NCBI GenBank assembly: GCA_964548865.1
Contig: CAZJTG010000005.1
Coordinates: forward strand, 1 to 36,566
DNA length: 36,566 nucleotides
Reading direction: 5' to 3'
Origin: an uncultured Solibacteraceae bacterium
GTDB lineage: Bacteria; Acidobacteriota; Vicinamibacteria; Vicinamibacterales; SCN-69-37
Shown: piece after piece, positions 25,493-32,915 of the stretch
Position numbering within the stretch: the first letter of the stretch is position 1
Layout of the letters: each line of letters opens with the position of its first letter
The notes under the pieces: generated by a model
Told to the model about the DNA's origin: nothing
Seen by the model: the letters and a program-made list of their open reading frames with translations, nothing else
The model's database searches: none
Made by a program: the position numbers and the translations under genes

Positions 25493-27028
25493 TCAGTACT
25501 TCTTCCACGTAAACGAGCTCATCATGAACGCGCCGCCCACCATGAAGTCGTTCTGGAGGCGGCGGTCGTAATGGAAGTGCGTTCCACCGCTCTCACTGAC
25601 GGACTTGCCGACAACTGATCCATAGATGTGCGATCCGCCGGTCATGTTGACCGGCGCGTTCGGCGCGTAGATCATGACCGCCGTGTTGGTGCCGCCGCTC
25701 ACGCTGACGGCCGACGTGCCGCCGTAGAGGATCTGGAAATGCGTCGGGTCGAACGTCGGGTTCGAGATGGAGTTGCCGGCGAAGCTGATGGGCTGGTTGG
25801 TGCCCACCCCGGCAACATTCATGTACACAGGGCCGGTTTCGATGATGACCTGGGCGTTGCCGTTCACGGTAATGTTGTTCAGGTTGTACACACCGGCCCT
25901 CAGGCGGATCGTGGCGCCGGCGTTCAGGGTCACGTTGCCGAACGTCAGGGTTCCGCCCAGTGGATCGAGCGTCAGATTCCCCGCGCTGCCGCTGCAGGTC
26001 GTGCCAGCGAGGCCGAGCTGGGCGCACGTCGAGGTTGCCCAGCTCACATTGGTTGTGGGCGGCATCGGGTTCGGCGGCGCCGGCGTCGGGTATTGAATCG
26101 CCTGCGGCAGCTGGATCAGGCCCTCGCTCACTTTCGCAAGGCCGCCTGTCAGGGCGGTGACCGTCCCGTTCTTGCAATTGCCGACGCCCGTGCGCGGCGT
26201 CGAAAGCGATCCATAGATCTGTGTCGAGCCGCCGTTGACGGTCAGGTTGCCGTTGGAGCCGACGGCGCCGCCCGAGAGCTGGACCTGTGGCGCGCCGTTC
26301 ACCATCGTCATGTTCGATGAATCGTAGCTGTCGCTTGTGGACCCGCCGCTGAAGGTGAGGGCGCCGCAGCCGGCGGCGGTCGCGAACACGCCGAAGCTGT
26401 GCGCCGACGACACCTGCCGCTCGAGGATGCTCGTAACCTCGACCGCGGCGGGCCGCGTACCGCCGAGCGACCCGGTGCCGACGAGATGCCACGTCTGGAT
26501 CACCCTGGGCGCCGCGGCACCGTACTCCTGAATCGTGCGCATCGACAGCAGGGTGGCGTAAGCGTTGTACGCGACCGTCTGACCAGCGTTCAGCGTGCCC
26601 TGAACCGCCGCGCTGAACGCCGTTTGGGCGGCCGCGTACGGGTAGTTCGACGCCTTGTTCGGGTCCGCCGAGAGGACCACGGGGTTGCCGTTGTAGGTCA
26701 CCGGCGACACGTTCATGTTGTAGTTGCTCAGAGGATCGCCGGCGAGACCAGGCGCCTGATACGTCTGCGTGAGGTAGTTGACGGCGCGAAGCACGCCGGC
26801 CTCCGCGCCGTACCGCGCCTGCGACATCATCCGGTAGTTCATGCTGGCGTATGTTTCCGTATTGGACAGCATGAGCAAGCTTGCGCCGATCGCGGAGAGC
26901 GCGACCGCGAGAAGCAGCACGACAACGATCGCGACACCGGCGTCGTTCGGCAGACGGCGGGACACGGCGTCCGGAGTGGCCGGGAGATCGCGGCGGATCG
27001 AATCAGACGTCGTCATGGTCGTCCTCAT
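25493..27028 (-). CDS. PilX_N-domain pilus assembly protein with large Gly/Asn/Thr-rich C-terminal domain
   Basis: The ATG at 27028 forms an ATGA overlap with the upstream stop. Hydrophobic helix GVAIVVVLLLAVALSAIGASLLMLSNTE followed by QARYGAEAGV (PilX N-terminal signature). About 400 aa of repetitive beta-rich sequence ends in SFTWKKY. Confidence 0.7.
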   Translation of the reverse strand: MRTTMTTSDSIRRDLPATPDAVSRRLPNDAGVAIVVVLLLAVALSAIGASLLMLSNTETYASMNYRMMSQARYGAEAGVLRAVNYLTQTYQAPGLAGDPLSNYNMNVSPVTYNGNPVVLSADPNKASNYPYAAAQTAFSAAVQGTLNAGQTVAYNAYATLLSMRTIQEYGAAAPRVIQTWHLVGTGSLGGTRPAAVEVTSILERQVSSAHSFGVFATAAGCGALTFSGGSTSDSYDSSNMTMVNGAPQVQLSGGAVGSNGNLTVNGGSTQIYGSLSTPRTGVGNCKNGTVTALTGGLAKVSEGLIQLPQAIQYPTPAPPNPMPPTTNVSWATSTCAQLGLAGTTCSGSAGNLTLDPLGGTLTFGNVTLNAGATIRLRAGVYNLNNITVNGNAQVIIETGPVYMNVAGVGTNQPISFAGNSISNPTFDPTHFQILYGGTSAVSVSGGTNTAVMIYAPNAPVNMTGGSHIYGSVVGKSVSESGGTHFHYDRRLQNDFMVGGAFMMSSFTWKKY

Positions 27029-27978
27029 GGCAGGAGTGCCTGAACGCTCGGCGGCATGGGCTGCTGGCGATTCGTGATGCCGATGCTGGCCATGCTCCAA
27101 ATCAGGAAGATGTTCCGGGGGGAGACGTTCAGGAGGGTCTTCGTCGCCTGCTGAGTCGCCTTCGAGAAATGATCCTGCTGCTGCGAGTGCACGCTGAGCG
27201 TCACGGCGACGCCCGTCACGTACGTCGTACCCAGCACAACCTCGGTCTGATACGTGAAGCAGGGCGAGTTCCCGGGGTTCGGGATCACGTTGTTCAGGAT
27301 GACCATCGATGCCGTCTTTACCGGCTTCGAGGCCGCATTCCACGGCATGACGTTCCGGTAGAGGTGCCCGGCCGCCGTGTCGCACGTGTATTCGACGTAC
27401 AGCATCTGGCCGTCATCGTTGATGTCGCCGTAGAGCTTCAACACCGATCCAGTCGATCCGTTCGCCATTGACGGCGGCACGACACCGGAGGGAAACCCCC
27501 CGAGAATCATCAGCGGCTCGCCCGCGTAGTGCGCCAGGCCGAAAACGCCACTGAACGACGTACCTGTCAGCGCCGTGATGGCCACCGTTTCGGTCTGGTC
27601 TCCAGCGCCAAGCACGACCTGCGCGCCGACGAAGAGTCCTGTCGTGGTGTTCACCGAGATCGTACCGGCGCCCTTCAGCACCGACCCGGTCGTCGTGATC
27701 GCGCCCGGCAGGGCGACGCGGCCCGCCTGACCGATCTCCTGCTGCATCAACTCCGTGGCGCCGCGGACCGACCCGTGCATCTCGGCGCGGTTGCCGACGA
27801 CTTTGCTGAGAATGACGGTCTGGTTCAGCCCGTTGGTCGCGGCAGTGAAGAGGATCAGCAGCACGGACACGGCAATGAGCGCCTCGACCAGTGAGAAGCC
27901 GGACTGGGACGAGCCGGGTGCGGAGTGCCGTGTGCCAGGTGCCGGGTGCGGTGTACGCGGTGCCGAGTGTGGATGCAT
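27025..27978 (-). CDS. Prepilin-type N-terminal cleavage/methylation protein, PilW-like minor pilin
   Basis: G|FSLVEALIAVSVLLILF class-III signal with Glu at +5. 27-aa leader. Position in the fimT-pilV-pilW-pilX gene order. Confidence 0.7.
   Translation of the reverse strand: MHPHSAPRTPHPAPGTRHSAPGSSQSGFSLVEALIAVSVLLILFTAATNGLNQTVILSKVVGNRAEMHGSVRGATELMQQEIGQAGRVALPGAITTTGSVLKGAGTISVNTTTGLFVGAQVVLGAGDQTETVAITALTGTSFSGVFGLAHYAGEPLMILGGFPSGVVPPSMANGSTGSVLKLYGDINDDGQMLYVEYTCDTAAGHLYRNVMPWNAASKPVKTASMVILNNVIPNPGNSPCFTYQTEVVLGTTYVTGVAVTLSVHSQQQDHFSKATQQATKTLLNVSPRNIFLIWSMASIGITNRQQPMPPSVQALLP
27912..27974 (-). repeat. Degenerate heptanucleotide tandem tract, 9 units (TGCCGNG on the + strand) inside the PilW-like leader-coding region
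   Basis: AGCCGGG TGCGGAG TGCCGTG TGCCAGG TGCCGGG TGCGGTG TACGCGG TGCCGAG TGTGGAT. It translates on the minus strand to the 7-aa periodic HSAPRTP HPAPGTR HSAPGSS. Confidence 0.7.
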
Positions 27979-27990
27979 GACGACTTTCTC

Positions 27991-28566
27991 TCAGAACGGG
28001 AAGCTCTTGAGCGAGACCAGCGTAGCGGTCGGCCTCTGTCGCCTGCCGATACTGCGCGCGACGGTTGCCGTCACCCGAACTTCCTTCAACGTTGCCGAGA
28101 TTGCGGTCACCTGCCAGACGCGCTGGTAGAACCACCCCGCCGGCGGGGTTGCCGAGTTACTCACGAGCAGGTTGCCCCCGGCGTCAAGGTAGTCGGCGTA
28201 CCCGACCACCGGCGCCGCAGGGTTCGCGCTTCCGCCGGCTGCGATGCCCGTGCCGCCGATGGCGGTTGCGGGAAAGACTCGCGTGTCCGACGAGTCGTCG
28301 CCGAACGACAGCACCAGGAGCTGCTCCATCTTGTCCTGCGCGTACTCGGCCGTGCGCGCGGCAAGGTGGCCCTGGTTTTCCGACTGCGTCAGCGAAATCG
28401 CGGCCATCGCGAGCAGGCCGGATGCGAGCGTGCCCATGATGACCACGGCCACGATCACTTCCACCAGCGTGGATCCTGAATCGGTACGGGGTGCCTGGTG
28501 CCGGGTGCCGAGTACCGGGCGCCGGCTGTCGGGTGCCTGCAGGCTACGGTCAGGGGAGGTGCTCAT
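27991..28566 (-). CDS. Prepilin-type protein, PilV-like minor pilin
   Basis: G|STLVEVIVAVVIMGTLASGLL with Glu at +5 but Ser rather than Phe at +1. PilV-type continuation (AISLTQSENQG...AEYAQDKMEQL). 31-aa leader. ATG at 28566. Confidence 0.65.
   Translation of the reverse strand: MSTSPDRSLQAPDSRRPVLGTRHQAPRTDSGSTLVEVIVAVVIMGTLASGLLAMAAISLTQSENQGHLAARTAEYAQDKMEQLLVLSFGDDSSDTRVFPATAIGGTGIAAGGSANPAAPVVGYADYLDAGGNLLVSNSATPPAGWFYQRVWQVTAISATLKEVRVTATVARSIGRRQRPTATLVSLKSFPF
28484..28539 (-). repeat. Degenerate heptanucleotide tandem tract, 8 units (GTGCCGG on the + strand) inside the PilV-like leader-coding region
   Basis: GTACGGG GTGCCTG GTGCCGG GTGCCGA GTACCGG GCGCCGG CTGTCGG GTGCCTG. On the coding strand it shares the core GCACCCGGCACC[A/T]GGCAC with the tract at 27912..27974. 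Confidence 0.7.
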
Positions 28567-28580
28567 CGTCACATGACCTC

Positions 28581-29210
28581 CTAGTTGAGGGCCCACGATC
28601 CGCCGCCGGTGAGATTCGAACGCCACAACTGGATCATGCCGCCCGTCGTTGTCGTGACGGCGAAGACCGTCGCCCCGTCCCCGAGGTAGTAGGCGCCGGT
28701 CGGCGTCGGAGCGTTCGTGCTGTCGATGGGCACGCCGCGTGAGTTGAAGATGATGCAGGCCGTACCGGCGATAGGCTGGTTGGCGGCATTGAGACAGACC
28801 GCCGCCTGGCCGATCACCGGCTGCGTGTTGGGTGGCGGGGTCGTCACGCCAGAGAAACCGAACGACACGTTGGGTGAGAGCTGCTTGACCACGCCCTCGG
28901 CCACCCACCCAGCCGGGTTCTTTCGCCAGCGCTCGACATAGTACGTGTTGGTGCCGAGCACCACGACGACGCGCGCCTTTGTGAAGCTCGCGGCGGCGCG
29001 CATCTTCGCCAGTGACACCGAACTCAGTACGTTGCGCGCATCGCTGGTCAGGTTCATCGCGTTCAGCGCCCCGCGCGTGAACGGCAGGATGAACGCCGCG
29101 ACCGTCACCATCACCGCCATGAACGCGATGAGTTCGACCAGCGAGAAGCCGGGCGAAGACGAACGCAGAACGGTCGCAACGGGGGAGGCTGAGACGTTTC
29201 GGGTGGTCAT
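28581..29210 (-). CDS. Prepilin-type protein, GspH/FimT-like minor pilin
   Basis: G|FSLVELIAFMAVMVTVAAFILPF class-III signal followed by the GspH-like block (NLTSDARNVLSSVSLAKMRA). ATG at 29210; the track start at 29282 is a TTG. Confidence 0.7.
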   Translation of the reverse strand: MTTRNVSASPVATVLRSSSPGFSLVELIAFMAVMVTVAAFILPFTRGALNAMNLTSDARNVLSSVSLAKMRAAASFTKARVVVVLGTNTYYVERWRKNPAGWVAEGVVKQLSPNVSFGFSGVTTPPPNTQPVIGQAAVCLNAANQPIAGTACIIFNSRGVPIDSTNAPTPTGAYYLGDGATVFAVTTTTGGMIQLWRSNLTGGGSWALN

Positions 29211-29256
29211 GTGATCCAGGTCGCACCGGGAACCCCGGGCGCGACGCGCAGGAATG

Positions 29257-29272
29257 AGCAAGGACCGTACCT
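29257..29272 (-). promoter_or_regulatory. Candidate sigma54 (-24/-12) promoter for the minor-pilin operon
   Basis: The minus strand reads AGGTACGGTCCTTGCT, against the consensus TGGCACG-N4-TTGCW. The GG and TTGC elements have exact spacing, with one core mismatch (C to T). It lies ~47 nt upstream of the fimT-like ATG. Confidence 0.4.
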
Positions 29273-29375
29273 CAGGGGGCAAGGCCAGCTCGCCCGTAAC
29301 CTCCTCTATTTGCTTGGCTTAGCGGGACTCCAGGTCATCCACCAAAACTGTGGGCCTGGCGTGGGTGGGTACTTC

Positions 29376-29391
29376 TGTAACGGCCGTTACA
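29376..29391. promoter_or_regulatory. 16-bp perfect palindrome TGTAACGGCCGTTACA, candidate activator (UAS) site
   Basis: Perfect dyad centred ~113 bp upstream of the -24 GG of the sigma54-like element, the usual distance range for bEBP binding sites. Confidence 0.3.
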
Positions 29392-29417
29392 ACAACGGGC
29401 CGTCGTTCGCCTGAGCC

Positions 29418-29450
29418 AAAAAAAGGGGCGGCCCGCTTGCTGGCCGCCCC
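29418..29450 (-). terminator. Rho-independent terminator downstream of the ankyrin gene
   Basis: The minus strand reads GGGGCGGCC-agcaagcg-GGCCGCCCC followed by TTTTTTT. This gives a 9-bp GC stem, an 8-nt loop and a 7-U tail, starting 33 nt after the stop at 29483. Confidence 0.75.
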
Positions 29451-29482
29451 GGATCGAGCCACGCTCGCGCCCTGAACGGCGC

Positions 29483-31483
29483 CTACGGCGCGCAACTGGC
29501 GCAACGGTTGTTATTGGTCGCTCCAAGCTTCACGAGCAGATCGCGCGCTTCAGGGAACGGTGAGATTCGCGAGACCGGCCCGTTGGCCATGTCGGCGGTC
29601 GACTGGCCGCGCCGGCTGACGGCTTTCACGTCCGCGCCCTTCGACACGAGGTAATTGATCATCTCGACGTCTCCACGCGCGGCCGCGTGGTGAAGCGGCG
29701 TGTAGCCGCCGTCGTCGCGTGAGTTGACGTCGATGCCGATCTCCTCGATTAGGTATTTCACCGCGGCCAGCCACGCCTCGGGGGCGTGACGATGGGCATT
29801 GCCGGCGAAGCCTTCGCCGTACTCGGCGCCGGCGGCGGCATGCAGCGGATTGACGCCTGGTCCGCCCGCCGGAACCGGCGGCAGGCCCGACGGATCGACC
29901 CGCGGCCCTGCCGGAGCCGCCGCGGGTGTGCCGCCGTCTGGGCCGCCCGCGCCGCCACGCCCTCCGGCTGCTCCGGCACCGAAGCCACGGCCACCTGCCG
30001 CACCTCCGCGCCCGGCGCCGCTGGTCATCGTGGGGATATTGGGATCGGCGCCGTATTTGACGAGCAGGCGCATCGCGTCGACGTCAGTGCCGTATGCGGC
30101 GCGCCAGAACGCCGTGGAGCCTGTCACGTTCGCCAGGCCGCAGTTCGCGTTGCCGCAGTCGCTGTAGACCATGTACCAGGGATGGCCCTTCACCCGCACG
30201 TCGGGATCCGCGCCGGCTTCGAGCAGCGCCTTCATGACGTCGAGGTATGTGGCCTTCTGGTAGTCCATTTCCTGCGGCTGGGGGAATCGCGTGCGCGGCT
30301 GCCACCGCGTGTTGACGGCGGCCCAGAGCGGCGTGATCCCGTAGCCATCGCCGGCGAGGTTGACCTTGGCGCCTTTCTCGATGAACTGCATGGCGATGTC
30401 GAACTGTCCGTTGACGAGCGCGACGAGGAGCGGCGTGTTGCCGTCCGCCGACTTCCGGTTGATGTCCGCGCCGGCGTCGAGGAGCAGCGTGACGGCCTGT
30501 GCGTGTCCGTCGCGCGCGGCGAAGTGGAGCGGCGTCATGCCGCCCTTGGCCGTGCCGGACACCGCGGGGCCATCGACGCTCAGAGGATCCTGCACCACCA
30601 GTCCGGTGCCGTCGGCCGCAGGCGTGCCGCCGCGCCCGGCGAATTGTCCGCGTCCACCGCCGGCCGCGCCCGCAGGGGAGGCGGCAGCCGCCACGGCGGG
30701 ATCCGGAGCGCCGCCGCGCCCGACCGCAGGGGCCGCGCCCGGGGGAGGCGGCAGCTTGCCCGTCGCGTAGAACTCGCGGGTCGCCGCGACGGCGGCCTGC
30801 TGGGCCGCGGCCGTCGGCGTTTGTCCGGGCGGCGTTGCCGCCGCGATGATCTGCCGGCGCAGCGTCGCGCCCTGACGGTCGATGGCCTGCTGCTGCGAGA
30901 TGTTGATCGGCGTGGACGCCAGGTCGACCGCCGCGCCCCGGGCGATCAGCGCCTTCATGGCGGCGACGTGTCCGCCGGTCACGGCGAAAACGAGCGGCGA
31001 CTGGCCGTTGACCGTGTCGCGCGCATTCACGTCCGCGCCGCCGTCGACGAGCGCGGTCACGGCCGCGGCGTTGCCGCCGCCCGCCGCCAGGTGAATCGCC
31101 GAGGCGCCGCTGGCGGTCGTGGTGTTCACGTCCGCGCCCGCCTTGACGAGTGCGGTCACGACATCGGCGGCGCCATTCCTGGCCGCGAGGTGGAGCGGCG
31201 TGTACTGGCCGAGCCGAGTCTCGGCGGCGAGGTTGGCGCCGGCCCGAATCAACACGTCGGCCATCGTCGCGTCGCCGCGCTCCGCCGCCCAGTGCAGCGG
31301 TGTCATGCCGTCGGCGTGCGGCGCGCTCGCGTCGGCGCCCTGCTTCACGAGGCTGCGAACCGAAGCGACGTCACCCTTCCTCGCGGCGTCGGCGACAGGC
31401 GTCGCGGCCTGCTCTGTGAACGCGACGGTGACCGACGCCAGCACGAACGTCGCGGCCAGACCTAACCCAAGTGCACGTGTCAT
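29483..31483 (-). CDS. Secreted ankyrin-repeat protein with Gly/Arg-rich inserts
   Basis: Signal peptide MTRALGLGLAATFVLASVTVAFT. Many ANK units (G.TPLH.AA..G....V..Ll..GAdvN). Two low-complexity inserts lie at ~29860..30030 and ~30610..30760. An alternative ATG at 31516 would overlap the DUF1552 stop by 8 nt; 31483 has the better AGGGGA Shine-Dalgarno. Confidence 0.8.
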   Translation of the reverse strand: MTRALGLGLAATFVLASVTVAFTEQAATPVADAARKGDVASVRSLVKQGADASAPHADGMTPLHWAAERGDATMADVLIRAGANLAAETRLGQYTPLHLAARNGAADVVTALVKAGADVNTTTASGASAIHLAAGGGNAAAVTALVDGGADVNARDTVNGQSPLVFAVTGGHVAAMKALIARGAAVDLASTPINISQQQAIDRQGATLRRQIIAAATPPGQTPTAAAQQAAVAATREFYATGKLPPPPGAAPAVGRGGAPDPAVAAAASPAGAAGGGRGQFAGRGGTPAADGTGLVVQDPLSVDGPAVSGTAKGGMTPLHFAARDGHAQAVTLLLDAGADINRKSADGNTPLLVALVNGQFDIAMQFIEKGAKVNLAGDGYGITPLWAAVNTRWQPRTRFPQPQEMDYQKATYLDVMKALLEAGADPDVRVKGHPWYMVYSDCGNANCGLANVTGSTAFWRAAYGTDVDAMRLLVKYGADPNIPTMTSGAGRGGAAGGRGFGAGAAGGRGGAGGPDGGTPAAAPAGPRVDPSGLPPVPAGGPGVNPLHAAAGAEYGEGFAGNAHRHAPEAWLAAVKYLIEEIGIDVNSRDDGGYTPLHHAAARGDVEMINYLVSKGADVKAVSRRGQSTADMANGPVSRISPFPEARDLLVKLGATNNNRCASCAP

Positions 31484-31508
31484 CAGCAGTCCCCTGAAGG
31501 AATCGATT

Positions 31509-32894
31509 CTACGCATTCAGCGAGAACTCGCCGGTGCTGTCGCCGAACTGCTTCACGTCGTCCATGCCGAGCAGGTGCATCGCGGAAAGCATCGGGTTGG
31601 CCATCGGCGTGCCGTCCGGCGTCTTCAGGTGAACGCCGCCCTGCAGCTTGCCGTCGGCCTTCCCGAAGAACGCGAGCGGGCAGCGGCGGTGGTTGTGGAG
31701 GTTGGCGTCCGCCATCGGCGAGCCCCAGATGATCATGCTCTTGTCGAGCAGGCTCTTGTCGCCGATCATCGAGTCCTTCATCTTGTCGAGCAGGTACGTC
31801 AGCTGTCCCGTGCGGTACTTGCAGATCTTGTTGAACTCGACCACGCGCGCCTCGCCGCCGCCGTGATGCGACGCCGGGTGGAACGGCTGGCTCGATCCGC
31901 TTTCGGGGAACACGCGGTTGTCGGCGTCGCGGCCGATCTTGAACGAGATGACGCGCGTCAGATCGGACTCGAGCGCGAGCACCTGCACGTCGAACATGAG
32001 CTTCATGTGCTCGCTGAACGAGTCCGGGACCCCCGGAGGCGCGTTCGGAAGGTCGCGGGGCTCGCCGCTCAGGTTGCGGGCCTCGACGGCCTTGATCCGG
32101 CGCTCGATTTCCCGCACGTTCTGCAGGTAGCGATCCATGCGCTGGCGATCGGCGGCGCCGAGCTGTCGCTTGAGCGACACCACCTCGCCGTTGATCCAGT
32201 CGAGGATGCTCTTGCGGGAGTCCTGGCGCGCCTTGCGCGCCTCCGGCGTGCCGCCCGCGCCGAACAGCATGTCGAACGCGAGCCGCGGGTCGCGAATCAT
32301 CGGCAGCGGCTCGTTGGGCGACGCCCAGCTGATCGAATCGATGTACACGCAGGAGTAGTTGTAGGTGCAGCCGCCGGCCTGATCGAGGTTCTCGATGCAG
32401 AACTGCATCGACGGAAACGGATTCGCGAGCCCGACCTTCTTGGCGTACATCTGGTCCAGCGACGTGCCGGCCCAGATGTCCGATCCCTGCGTCTGCTTCG
32501 GATGGGACTGCGTGAGGAAGACCGCGCTCGACCGGAAGTGGTCGCCGCCGATTTCCGGCGTGGCGAAGGCTTCGGCCATCTTTACGTCGGTGTTCGAGAC
32601 GATCGTCATGTAGTCGCGATACGGCTCGAACGCCTTCATCGGGTTCTCGGCCACCATCGTGTAATCCCGGCCCGTCTGCTCCGGCGCCCACAGATGCTTG
32701 CTCGCGCCGAGCACGTTGCAGCCGGCCTGCCCGTGGACTTCCTCGATGCAGATCAACCTGGTCGGGTCGGCCATCGCGTCCCGCTGCGCGCGCGCCGCGG
32801 GCGCCATGGCGTCCAGGAACGGCAGGGCCATGGTGGCGCCCGCGCCTCGGAGGAAGGTGCGGCGGGGGAGGTGGTTGCCAGTGATGAAATTCAT
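31509..32894 (-). CDS. DUF1552-domain protein with Tat signal
   Basis: N-terminus MNFITGNHLPRRTFLRGAGATMALPFLDAM is the canonical DUF1552 start. ~460 aa, immediately downstream of a DUF1592-type gene. Confidence 0.85.
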   Translation of the reverse strand: MNFITGNHLPRRTFLRGAGATMALPFLDAMAPAARAQRDAMADPTRLICIEEVHGQAGCNVLGASKHLWAPEQTGRDYTMVAENPMKAFEPYRDYMTIVSNTDVKMAEAFATPEIGGDHFRSSAVFLTQSHPKQTQGSDIWAGTSLDQMYAKKVGLANPFPSMQFCIENLDQAGGCTYNYSCVYIDSISWASPNEPLPMIRDPRLAFDMLFGAGGTPEARKARQDSRKSILDWINGEVVSLKRQLGAADRQRMDRYLQNVREIERRIKAVEARNLSGEPRDLPNAPPGVPDSFSEHMKLMFDVQVLALESDLTRVISFKIGRDADNRVFPESGSSQPFHPASHHGGGEARVVEFNKICKYRTGQLTYLLDKMKDSMIGDKSLLDKSMIIWGSPMADANLHNHRRCPLAFFGKADGKLQGGVHLKTPDGTPMANPMLSAMHLLGMDDVKQFGDSTGEFSLNA

Positions 32895-32915
32895 CTGCTC
32901 GGACTCCTTGGGAAA

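Noticed and set aside
28484-28539. G-quadruplex potential of the heptamer tract (four GGG runs spaced 14 nt apart)
   Set aside because: Loops of 11 nt are too long for a stable canonical G4, and the second tract (27912..27974) has only two GGG runs. The heptamer periodicity is the better description.
29211-29482. Possible tRNA or small RNA gene in the largest intergenic region
   Set aside because: There is no T-loop (GGTTCGAATCC-like) or cloverleaf-compatible segment. The region is better explained by a terminator, a palindrome and a promoter-like element.
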